A stretch of DNA of 64,000 bases from Octopus sinensis (lineage: Eukaryota). The position numbers were made by a program, and so were the translations under genes. The stretch covers positions 158,472,001 to 158,536,000 of the forward strand of contig NC_042999.1 in assembly GCF_006345805.1 (NCBI RefSeq), written 5' to 3'. Below are positions 30,821-43,489 of the stretch, one piece after another. Every line of letters begins with the position of its first letter. Positions within the stretch are counted from its first letter, which is position 1. The notes beneath the pieces are model-generated. The model did no database searches, had not been told where the DNA came from, and saw nothing but the letters and a program-made list of their open reading frames with translations.

Positions 30821-31871
30821 GATAGTTATGTAAAATACCGATCAAATCAAGTGGCCAGCATGGGAATAAAAACCTTATAGGTAATAATTATAATTAAAAT
30901 TATAATTAAGGGTACCTAAAAGATACCACTATGCTATAGATAGCAGTCAAAGCTTGACACAAAAACCACATCAAGTAATTCATACAGCAGCAGGAGGAAA
31001 GAGAAAGAGTACTTTTGGCTAGGCTTTCCTTCAAAAGGATGCTGCAAGCCAGCATTGGTAAGTCAATTTGAATTCAGAACCTTATTTTCCTATACTGGTT
31101 GTCCTAATCAAATATGTATGAGATGGTGTTGTAAACTTCCTGGCTTTGTGTAAAAGAAAGTATAGGAGGATCAGCTATCCGTGATTTTATTCAACATATT
31201 CCCCTCTCAGACTCACACACTCATTGCAGCGGCCCTTCGGCTTTTCTAAGTCCATGCAAAATATCTCGGAAGTTTATTATTAAAGCTAAAAACTTTTCAG
31301 CACTCCGTCGTACGTACGAATGTATGTATACGTTTCAACTTATGAATTGAAAAGTTACTCAATAGAAAAATAGTACTGAAATATTTCGCTCGCCTTAACT
31401 CTTCTCTAATCTACACCACTTACAGAACTTTGAGGAGCAACTGTAAGGAATTTAAGCACATCAATATATGTATGTCTATGGTTACTCATGTACTTCTTGT
31501 TTATTTAATTTGGGGGCCTCCATTGCGAAAATTAGAGATATGTTGAGAATAATAAGGTTAATAGACATGTAGTAGCTAGAATTGTATATTTGCATAAATT
31601 TAATAGATTTCTTATACTGAAAGCCCTTGAACCAATTTATAACTATTTAGTGTTAGCAATTAAATTATGTTCACCTTTCGTTCTCCACACAAGCGTAATT
31701 CTGTTCATTACTTCTTTCCTTATGTTTCCTACACCTCGTTTTAAAGAGCAAATAAGCCTAACAGATGGATTGCTGTTAAGACTAGGTCTGCGGGCGTGCG
31801 GGCGCGCACACACTTATGTATGCATGTACATGTAAAGACATATGTATGTATATATCTTTCTTTTCTTTTTC

Positions 31872-32010
31872 TTTTACTTGTTTCAGTCATTTGACTGCGG
31901 CCATGCTGGAGCACCGCCTTTAGTCGAGCAAATCGATCCCGGGACTTATTCTTTGTAAGCCTAGTACTTATTCTATCGGTCTCTTTTGCCGAACAGCTAA
32001 GTGACGGGGA
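31872..32010 (-). mobile_element. SINE family C, 3' fragment
   Basis: Near-identical to the 3' part of 37057-37477. Confidence 0.85.
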
Positions 32011-32022
32011 ATATCTGTATAT

Positions 32023-32057
<35 letters not shown>

Positions 32058-32275
32058 ACATACTCAAATATATGGTAAGAGTATATATATCTAGTTGTGT
32101 CAACCTTTGTATAGTATACGCCCACACACGCACACACACACACACAAACACACATGTATGTATACACACACACTGCGCTTTGTTGTGACTTCGTTGCATA
32201 TCTATAAATTTATAATTATTTGTACGTGTTGAATTACTGTATGCATGTGTGCGTGTGCGTTTGGTCGTGCGTCTT

Positions 32276-32313
<38 letters not shown>

Positions 32314-32568
32314 CACGTGGAGTAGATGAAACAAAGGCGTCTGAAAAAGGGGAATTTTCCTTGTATTGTATGTCCTGTACTCTATTTTATCGTTGTTTAA
32401 GAAAAATGTCCATTTCCTTGGTTTTGTGTTTATGATTTCGTTTCTCATTGTGTTCGACGTTTTTTTTTTGGTGTCCTGTACCCATATATGTATATATATA
32501 TACATGTAGAGGTAGGTACGTACATATAGTATGTATATATGCATATGTTTTATTTATTTTTAATTTAT

Positions 32569-32623
<55 letters not shown>

Positions 32624-33325
32624 TATCATATATACCTATATAATATATATATAAATATAAATTTATTCCTATGCTTGTATGTTTGAGTGGTGGGATGGGT
32701 GGCGTTGACTTTGTGCGTATGTTGAATTGTGTATATGTGGATGGATGCGTGTACTTCATGTGTGTGCTCGTGTGTATACAAATACTCATCGTTTATGTCA
32801 GTACAATTACGTGGGGGATGTATGGATTGTCTATGTGGAAATCTCTCAGTATATATGTGCATAAGTATGCCTATATAACTGTTTTGTGAGTCTGCGTGTT
32901 TATTTGGGTATCTAGCTATCTGCCGTCGGTCAGTATGTATTTATGTATATATATTTGTATGTGTGTAGCTTACTCGTTTCTTTATTTGGCACCATGGCCA
33001 CTAACACAGAGGGGGACACAACACCACAGTGGGGGACAATAAACATAAAACGAATGAAGATATTTTATATAATAATGAAAAATGTGTGTAGCTTACTAAA
33101 ACCTTCGTAATGAGAAACAAATTTACATGCAGTGGAAGAGATCTACTGACAAGAATATATTCTTGGGTCTCATAAGGGCGTATAGTTTGCATAGTCCATT
33201 AGTTCATTGTTACTTTTATTTAATTTCTGCTTTTATTTAATGTCTTCAGGAGTAGTAAGGAATACTCAATCTCGAACATCGATGGTTCAAATTCATTCGA
33301 CAAAAGGATTATTCTTTTATCATTT

Positions 33326-33662
33326 ACTTTTACTTGTTGCCGTCATTTGACTGCAGCCATGCTGATACACCGCATTGAAGGGTTTTAGTCGAACAAATCG
33401 ACCTCAGGGCTTTCATTTTCAGGCCTGGTAATTATTCTATCGATTTTCTTTGCGGAACATAAACACACCAACACCAGTTGTCAAATCAGTGTGGAGAGAA
33501 CAAACAGAGACCCAAACAATTTTCATTCAAAAAGAGGTAACAGTTTTAATGGCATACATTTTTTTGTTATACTCGGAAACTGAGCTTTCCGGCAAACTGT
33601 TAATAGCATAACTATGCATATATCAATAAGTTTGTACATGTGTATATATATGCACTTATATG

Positions 33663-33761
<99 letters not shown>

Positions 33762-34090
33762 CATCCATATATACATACACACACATACACATATATATAT
33801 ATGTGTGTTTGTGTGTCTGTGTTTGTCCCCACTATCGCTTGACAACTGATGTTGGTGTGTTTACTTCCCCGTAACTTAGCAGTTCGGCAACAAAGACAGA
33901 TAGAATAAGTACTAGGCTTAGAAAGAATAAGTCTTAGGGTTCGATTTGTTCGATTATAGGCGGTGCTCCAGCATGCCGCAGTCAAATGGCTGAAACAAAT
34001 AAATGAGTAAGAGAATATATGAATGTATGTATAGTTCTTTTACTAGTTTCAGTCAGTATACTGCGGCCATGCTGGGGCACCGCCTTGAAC
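33326..34090. mobile_element. Cluster of three SINE family C fragments in alternating orientation (33326-33515 -, 33810-34013 +, 34038-34084 -)
   Basis: Each carries the cagtc-aaat-gactg / gcaccgcc 3' motifs in the stated orientation. Confidence 0.75.
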
Positions 34091-34093
34091 AGG

Positions 34094-34142
<49 letters not shown>

Positions 34143-34558
34143 CATTAAATTAATAATTATATACATATGAATATAATAATATTAATGGAGCAAGGGCGAA
34201 AACGACTTAACTCCACCATGCTTCAAGTGCCGAGCCATTCAGAAAACTACCAAAAACTCTAGATTAAATATACACATGGCTGAAAATAGACTAGTGAAAG
34301 ATATTAAAAAGAGTTCACGTTAATTGTGAAATGGTTCCAATTTGGAGATTATAACCGTAAAAACAGGCTTTTTCCTTCGTTAACACAATTCACGAGAAAT
34401 ATACATAAAAATATCCATACATACCGTACAAGGCGGATTTACACATCTACTTACAAATATTTGCACATATAGATCAAAGATAAGTCAAATTTGAATACTC
34501 TCACGATAGCCACGAGTATATCAGAATAGCCGAGTAGTAAATACTATTCGGGTCAGGA

Positions 34559-34790
34559 AGGCGGCGAGCTGGCAGAAACGTTAGCACGCCGGGCAAAATG
34601 CGTAGCTGTATTTCGTCTGGCATTACGTTCTGAGTTCAAATTCCGCCGAGGTCGACTTTACCTTTCATCCTTTCGGGGTCGATAAATTAAGTACCAGTTA
34701 CGCACCGGGGTCGATATAACCGACTTAATCCGTTTGTCTGTCCTTGTTTGTCCCCTCTATGTTTAGCCCCTTGTGGGTAGTAAACAAATA
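34559..34790 (+). mobile_element. tRNA-derived SINE family B, full length
   Basis: Head ggcggcgagctggcagaaacgttagc, B-box-like gagttcaaattcc, central cctttcatcctttcggggtcgataaattaagtaccag; 16-bp TSD actattcgggtcagga at 34543-34558 and 34791-34806. Confidence 0.92.
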
Positions 34791-35210
34791 ACTATTCGGG
34801 TCAGGAGTATAAAATACCTATAATTTTTTATAGCATGCTGACTACCTGATAAAAATCATTAACTTGATTTTATCCTTATATACTATTATGAATTAATCAA
34901 TAAAATATAATAATTTAATTATTGAGTGTTTCAAGGGAGAGTACGAAAGGTTCTTTATTTGAATTTTTGCATGGATCTGCCATAACGTTGTACCAAGTTT
35001 ACCTTTTACAGGTTTTAATTGTATTTTACCACAGGAAAAAAACTGTAATCTGAATAAGATTCAGTGATGATGCGTGGTTGGTGAGGTCCCCTATATCTAT
35101 CACTCTATTTTGTCCCCTTCTTTTTCATCTTTTATTTTTACATTCATTTTCTTTACCCCACCTTATTGTTTGCCTGTCCTTTTTTCTTCCCCTCTGTATC
35201 TTTGACCGTA

Positions 35211-36720
35211 ATGGCTAATAAAGAATAGAGTTTGAAACCGACTACTCGAAGTTGTCAGGCGTCTTTTTCTTCTGCAGCGAAAGTATTTTGTTGATAATTT
35301 GTTAATATGTATTGTTGAACACTTCTGTGTTTCTTGTTATTGTTGTAAAACATTTTATCTGCGTCGTAGCAGATCTGTTACGTTTTCTCCGCCTCATTGG
35401 AAGGAGGAAATTAAAAAAAATATTTATGACATCTAATTTTGAAAACTTGTCCTCTTCGTTAGCTGAAGATTCGTTGGAAAAATATTCAATCCTGGAAAAA
35501 TGTTTCGAATACACAACCCAAAGTGTCACAAAACGTAAACAAACATAGCAACTTCGCCACGGCAGCAAGTGTAACTAAAGAAGACGTATCATTCGGAAAG
35601 AATGAACTAGATAAATATAAAGGCCTCCTCCTTAGGGAGGGGCTAAATGTGAAAGTTACTCCGCCAGGAGATGTGACTCACACAACACAGAATTGTGGTT
35701 TTTAAAACGTATATCATAAAAAGTAAAGAAATCGATAGAGGCAATAGAAAAGTGTCTGCAGCCTATATGGAAGGACATCACATTCATCACCAGAGGAAGA
35801 ACGTTCGCCTCTGTAGAAGTGAGATTTCTCAAGGAAGAAAAAGCCAGTCACCACCCCACTCAAGTCGGTTGAGGTAGTTCTCCTACCGACGTACCTTGGA
35901 AAACGTACCCCTAAGGTGAAGGTAGGAGAAATACTACTAGAGATAGATGTAGCGTGGCTTATGGCGGCATTGACATTGGGATTGGAAGACAAAATAACGA
36001 TCCTACAGGCCACAAAATTCCACCAGCAAAACTGGCATAGCAGGGATTAGAAATTCTAATCCAATCGACCCCTGCCGATTTGGAAGAGATCCCCGACTAC
36101 GATAGTATCGGGAATGAAACCAAAGGGTGACGGTTGAGCTGTGAAAGCCCAGGTGCTACACGTGTGGCCAGTAGAGCCACATAAGAGCCGAATGCTCTCC
36201 ACAATCGGCTCCCACACCCACCACCAAACCAGCAGCATCGGAAAACCTTTTGAAAATATCGCGAAACCAACTGGAAAAAGAAATGAAAAAGCTCCTGAAA
36301 TCCAGCCATCAGCTCCTAGAGACTCAGGGAAACCAATTAAAAGAACGGCAACAGAGAATGAAATTCAACAACAACCACGCAAAGGAGACAATGAGTGGAC
36401 TACTGTCACCAATAACAAGGAAGCAGAAACAGCAAGAGTCCCCACCCATTCTTTCAGACACCAACACGCCTACCAATACAAACACACAAAATCCCCAAAT
36501 TCCCCAACCACTAACCTCTGAATCATGCATAAACATTAAATCAGCTAACACAAAAAATCAGAACTCACACAAGTCATCAAAATTTTCCACCTGTCACTCA
36601 ATTTCACGCATCTGAGAACCCAAATACACTATAACACGTGCAATTTATCGAACAAGACTCCATAAGCTACACATTTAAAAAACAAATTCATTTCAAAAAG
36701 ATATCAGCCTATTTCAAAAC
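35211..36720 (+). pseudogene. Disrupted gag/ORF1-like retroelement gene with a CCHC zinc knuckle
   Basis: 36154-36195 reads C-Y-T-C-G-Q-*-S-H-I-R-A-E-C (CX2CX4HX4C with an in-frame TAG). Upstream frames are frameshifted but protein-like, and the tail is A/C-rich. Confidence 0.65.
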
Positions 36721-37056
36721 TGTTTCTCATCTCACCTGTATCAACAATTCATTAAGGCGTCCGCAAAACACAACTCAAGAAAAAGCGGATGAGGAGGTAT
36801 TACAGTCCTCCCTCCTCCATATAAAGGAGCTGTGTGATTTGTCTGTTGCATACGCTGTACCCATCATTTGTATCATTCTACAGCTTGCTTAGGGGAATGA
36901 GAACCACGTAAACAAGTAATGTTGATAGAGGATCATCTTCAAAAATGCTGCAGTTTATGTCAACATCACCACCTTTCGCACAATCTGTCTCTCAATTCAG
37001 TATAAGTGATGTTTTCCAGTGTTTCAAAGTTATTTGACAGAACTTTACCAATAACC

Positions 37057-37273
37057 TTTACTCTCTCTTTTACTCTTTTACTTGTTTCAGTGATTTGACT
37101 GCGGCCATGCTGGAGCACCGCCTTTAGTCGAGCAAATCGACCCCGGGACTTATTCTTTGTAAGCCCAGTACTTATTCTATCGGTCTCTTTTGCCGAACCG
37201 CTAAGTGACGGGGACGTAAACACACCAGCATCGGTTGTCAAGCTATGCTAGGGGGACAAACACAGACACACAA

Positions 37274-37314
<41 letters not shown>

Positions 37315-37477
37315 CGACAGGCTTTTTTCAGTTTCCGTCTACCAAATCCACTCACAAGGCTTTGGTCGGCCCGGGGCTATAGCAGAAGACACTTGCCCAA
37401 GATGCCACGCAGCGGGACTGAACCCGGAACCATGTGGTTGGTTAGCAAGCTACTTACCACACAGCCACTCCTGCGCC
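37057..37477 (-). mobile_element. SINE family C, full length
   Basis: - strand head ggcgcaggagtggctgtgtggtaag...ggttccgggttcagtcc, internal (TA)/(CA) tract, 3' hairpin cagtc-aaat-cactg and an (AGTAAAAG)-like tail. Confidence 0.9.
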
Positions 37478-39553
37478 TATTAACTGATAGGGTAAAAATG
37501 TACAGGGAAATTTTTTTTTATATATTTCCAAGTATTTCTTAATCCATCTCATGTGGAACGCTGTCAAACGCCATTTTGCAATCAATTCATGCAATACAAA
37601 AATTTTTGTGACGTTTGTGGCAGTCCTCAAGAATCATTTTATTGATTAAAAGTTGGTCTTTACAACGATACGAACTCCATTTACAGCCTTTTTGTTCGTA
37701 GGTTGCTGCTACTGTTATTGTTGTTGTTATTATTGTTATTTCTTCTTCTTCTTCTTCTTCTTCTTCTTCTGCTTTTTCTTCTTTTTCTTCTTCTTCTGCA
37801 TTTTCTTCTTCTTCTGCTTCTTCTTCTTCTTTTTCTTCTTTCTCTTCTTTTTCTTCTTCTTTTTCTTCTTCTTTTTCTTCATCTTCTTCTTCTTCTTTTT
37901 CTTCTCCTCCTCCTCCTTCTTCATCTTCTTCTTCTTCTCCTCCTCCGTCTTTTTCTTCTTCTTCTTCTTCTTCTTCTTCTTCTTCCTATCATCATCAAGA
38001 CAGCGAGGTGGTAGAATCGGTAGCACGCCGAGCGAAATGTTGTACAAACCATATACTAGACCCATGAATGAATTATGCCAACCTGGATCAAATCACTTCA
38101 CAGTGAACGCCAATAAACGAAAAATAAACACAGTGACAGCATTCAGACTATAACCATTTATCGTATACCAGGAGGAACATCTAAACAACAAATATATACG
38201 GTGTATAATTCGAAACAAAAATATTGAAAATAAAAGACATGTGAATGGTTAAAACAAATAGTAGCAGCTGCCGTCTTCTTTCATGCATAGAGATATTGGT
38301 ATTGTGGCCAGAATCAGAAACCATATAGCAGCACCTACGAGGGAGCCTGTGCATTGTTACCCTGTCAGTTAACAATAACAACCAGACCTCTCTCGAATCA
38401 AATGAAACTAACTCTAACTTAAATACGGAAAAAGATGCATTGCATAGTGTAACCCTGGACATTCTCCGCACAGGATGGTCACAGCTGGAATGATTATGAT
38501 CAAAGTTCTCGACTTAGTTTCAACTGAGATTACAAAGAAAAAAAAAGGAAAAAAGAGCAAAAGGCATACAGAAATAGACTGTAAAGTGAACAGAGTACAT
38601 GCTAAAACTACATCACTGCCCTATGATTTGAACGCGGCGGAAAATGGTTTTCGCCAAGGTGGATTTATATCATATCAACAACAATAAAAATATAAACAAG
38701 AGAAATATCTTTTCATTTGGTCGGCTATCGACATGTCACAATTCTGCTTGACCACAGCTGATTTGAAGCTTCTCAATGACAATAGCAATACATTTTTAAT
38801 GCAAATATTTTACTTGTTCTCTTGGGAGAATTAGGAGACAATACAATTGTAGGAGTGAGTAAAAAGGATGTCTTTCTTAGTGATATTAGTATAAGAGAAA
38901 TGAAATGAGCTCAACCTGACATCAAAGCCTGACAGGCAATGTAGCGGATCGAAAGCTTATCTCTAGCTCTCATTGTTAGAATTATTATAATACAAACATA
39001 TTCTAATTGTCAATAAAAGAAGTCTGCAATAGACATTTAAATCCTGGCTATATTGCTGTTTTATAATTGCAAGACATTCCGTGATAAAATAGATTTGAAG
39101 TTAGTCGCTAAGTACCGACATTATAAAAATGCTAAATCGAATGATATTTGCATGCAAACGTTAAAGTTGGTGGCAACATTTAGCAATGTTTTGAACATAA
39201 ATAGTTGAAATAAACAGAGAAAGGAAACTGAGAAAAACTAATTTTAGAAATTGCAGGCGGAACTTCGGTACAGAAATGGAAAATCGAAGTTTACAAGTTT
39301 TGTTCTTTTGGATAATCAACGCTATGAATAGCATAAGCTATATCTCAGTAAGGAATCAGTAATGTCTCTTACGACATTGCACCACTGTATGAATCTATTC
39401 AAAGAGACAAATAACAATGAGCTTTATCATTGACTGCTTTATAAACATTATGAATTGTTTTACATCACTACTCATAAACAATCAGATCAGTGTAGTACAA
39501 ACAAAACTCACATCATCAGAAATAACGTTGTTTACCGATCTAGGAAAATGTAA

Positions 39554-39947
39554 TCTTTATATATAAAATAGAAGTTGTGTGTCTGTCTCCTACGATTTAG
39601 ATTCCTAACTACTCCCACATTTTGCGGTGCAGTTTAACCAAAACCGGGTATCTTATAGTCGTGATTCATATCGAGCCCTTCTGGGTATTAGCGCGCGTCT
39701 AGGATGAGTCTACGATTTAAAAAAAAAATTACCATAATTTTTTTCCATTTTAATGCATTTTTTTCGCTATTATATAAGGGAAGTAACTCTCTGAAAATGT
39801 CTACGATGAGTCAACGATTTAAAAAAAAATACCATCATTTGTTTTCCATTTTTAATGCATCTTTTTGCTACTTTTTGGCTATAACTCTCTAAAAATGCTT
39901 ATATAGTTATTTCCCTTACAAACCCGAGCAACGCCGGGCGATACTGC

Positions 39948-39950
<3 letters not shown>
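39554..39950 (+). mobile_element. Non-autonomous Helitron-like element, copy 2
   Basis: A|TCTTTATATATAAAA start, hairpin cccgagcaacgccggg, CTAG|T end; internal duplication of the ctacgatgagtc...aaaaaaataccat block. Confidence 0.85.
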
Positions 39951-40010
<60 letters not shown>

Positions 40011-40026
40011 TCTTATTTATTATTAT

Positions 40027-40454
40027 TTTACTTGTTTCAGTCATCAGATTGCGGTCATGCTGGAGCACCATCTCGAAGGGTGTTAAGGCGAAGAAATTGA
40101 CCCCATAACTTATACTTTGTAAGCCTAGTACTTATTCTATCGGTCTCATTTGCCGACCGGTTAAGTTACGGAGACATAAACACACCAGCACCGGCTGTCA
40201 AGCGATGGTGGGGGGACAAACACAGACACACAAACACTTACGCAGAAATATATACTTATATATATATATATATAATATATATATATATATAATATATATA
40301 TATATACGACGGGCTTCTTCCAGTTTCCGTCTACCAAATCCAGTCAGAAGGCTTTGGTCGACCCGAGGCTATTGTAGAAGACACTTACCCAAGGTGGCAT
40401 GTAGTGGGACTGACCCCGGAACCATGTGGTTGCGAAGCAAGCTTCTTACCACAC
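40027..40454 (-). mobile_element. SINE family C
   Basis: Colinear, diverged match to 37057-37477. Confidence 0.85.
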
Positions 40455-43400
40455 AAATAAAAGACGGCCCAAAAAAGAAAGGTACATTCAAGAGATAGGT
40501 GCAGGAACTACCCCAATGAACTACCCCAATGTCAAAGACATTGGGGTAGTTCATAACGTTTGTGGTTAGCACATGGTGATCTAGTGATCAACGTATAGCT
40601 AGCTTATTTTACAGTGCATGTTGAGGATCAAGATAAAAGCTTCTTGTATTCTATGTAAACTTGCGCAGAGCAAGTGAATAGAGGGTCTAACTGAAACTTA
40701 AAGCATGAATAGTTTTGTGGAAAAATCAATGATTACTTTATTAGCTTCTTGAAAATATGTAGGGCATCAATCTAAATAATGAAAGTGGACACACACTGAT
40801 TTAGAATCTTCAGGAAGACATCTTCATCTTTCAAATACCTTATGGTAATATCTATACGTCCTGTTTAATGACGCACGACATATATATAGTAAGGAAAATG
40901 GTAGTTGAGATATCTAAACCTCCAGACGTGATTTCTGAATCGATGTTTGAATTAAAAAGGTTAATTCATTCTAGAACCAATATTGCAATCGAGAAGATGA
41001 TTTGCTACCCATCTTCTAGAAGTACAATAACCTAGTGTTCTACAATATTGCCTCAGTTCTTCCAAAGAAACTTGGTGAACTAGAATATATGATAAATGAT
41101 TAGAGGATTTTCCTAAACCCTTCCAAATGGACTTTAAAATACCTTTTTACATCGCAGCAATGTACATAGCTGAATGACAACTAGTTTTACTCTATTAACA
41201 TGAAAGCTGTTTAAGATCATCAATATGTTATTTGCGTAAATATAAAGTTGATGAACTTTCGTCTTGGTCAGCAGCATGGCTTAGATGAGTTATTTGTGCG
41301 TTTGTAAATTTAGAACAAAAGAGTATAAATTTACCACCAGAAAAAATAGCGAAATTTGAAATAAGTATTAGAGAAATAAGTATTACAAGGGTAAAAGTAT
41401 TCCTATCTTCGTCATTACGTATAAAACATGGGCTAAGGAATACATAATAAAGTTTAGGATAGAAACGTTTGCTTTGGTTAGTTCTGTTGTCATTTTATTT
41501 GATTAAGAGGGAAAATCGAAAACGGATTTTTTGGTGATCCTCATATAAGAGAGTTTATAAAAGCTCCATACCACATTGGTTCAGCTGAGAACACTGGTTT
41601 TGATGTACGTGGTCTTCGTTTGTTCCAGCTGAGTGTTTTTTCTTTGCAATCAAAACAAACAACAAATTTAATTGGAGGATTGGCCCCCGATTTTGATGAG
41701 CTTCGTTTCAACTGAAACAATAAAAATAATTACAATCACATTCACTTGGATGGTTTCTCTGTAAATTTCATTATTTTAGTGAATAACATATAAAAATATT
41801 TCATAAGAAAAAGTAGTAAAAGAGTTGTACCTGCGAAGCTGGGATGGACACATAATGGAAGTGACAAGAGAGATTGAATATCAGCAGGGTTTTTCTGGTA
41901 ATTATCACTTTAGAAAATCCTGTAAAAGAAACATCTGCGTTTTAAATGGCAAATGATTTTCGAACTATGTTTATTTTTAGTTCCAATGACATTTTACTCT
42001 GCGATATAATGCTAGAATACTTAAATAAACTGATGTTTTAATATTTGGGTGTTTTAATAATATTTAATTAATCGCATTCATATTGTTTTTATTTTTATAT
42101 CACAGTAGAACAACGTTAATTAATTTAAACCGAAAGGGTTGATGACATGTGAAATCAGAATCCCAGATGTTCCGCAAGATAGGATTGCCTTCTAAGACAA
42201 CGAAATTTGCACGAGCGGAAATGTGTGAACTTTTCGGTAACATGCTACTACTAGTGAATGGGAACCCGAAAGGGAAACTATGTGGTTGCTCTACGTTTTA
42301 GAATTAACAGCCACATTTTCTTCAAATCTGTTCCTCCCTTCTTAAAAACAGTGAAGACTTTGGCGTATGCGATCCCAGATAATCTCTATCTGAAACAAGC
42401 GGGATGGTCACAACTAAAATACCCATTGATCATAGGTCTGCTCGGTCGTAGTGCATATTGAAAAACAATAACTGCTGCTTAGATTATTGATCGTAAGACA
42501 TTGCAGAATTAGTAGTAATAATACTTTAATATGTACTAACATTTTGAACTCCATTACGAACATCACGAATATTCTGAAGTCATTGCCAGAATCAATAGAA
42601 CGATTATCTGCACCTCTAAAATCTATAACATTCTCCAATGCCAGTTCAGCGCCAATAATATCACAAAACGCACTGAATTTGACCTTTACGTTTATCATCC
42701 AGCTATTTGCTTATTAACTGGTTTCACTATATATATAGTAAACTCTCAAAGTCTGATGTCAACCTTCAAGGGTTCTTTTCATAAGAGAAAAACCTTTTAC
42801 AAGATCATTGCTTGTTGTTCATTTCATTTCTTAAATCTCATAACGTAAAATCCCAAAACATTCTGCACTCTTTCAATGTTTTCTTTAAAAGGAAAACATT
42901 GCCTCCCACAAAATATATTTTTGAAGACTCATTTTTCCTATTAAAAGATATTGGCACTTGCGTCAAGAACTTTCAAGTTTTGTTTTAATTACCAGACGGT
43001 ATTTCTATGTTTAAACATGTCACTCTTCAGCAGATTTTTGTCATAGCTGTTAAAGAAAAATATACACTTATGATGTATTGCGCAATGTCTAGCGTCACTA
43101 GTGTTTCTGTCAGTTATCCCCAAACGAGACAGAAAGAATTTTGTACTATGTCCGTAAGCCGATATTAGCTTTTGTTGTTTATTTTTGCTTTGATTTGCTT
43201 TCAGCTCTCAACTTATTGAAGAAGTCGTAGAAATACTGTCATTACATACGGTGTGTCTTTTAGACCTAGCGGAAACGAATTCTTCCTAGGTGTAAACAGA
43301 GTCGATGTTTTCAGGATATAAGAGACACAGACAGGCAAGCAAAAACAAATACTAAAAAAAAAAATCAGTACGGGCTCGTATCTTGCCTATTAATCCTTGG

Positions 43401-43489
43401 GTGAAAGTCAATGTTCCTCTCGGCAGGACATGATCTTACTGCAGAGAGTCGGAGTGATAACTACTGCAGACCAATCTATCTGATATTCT

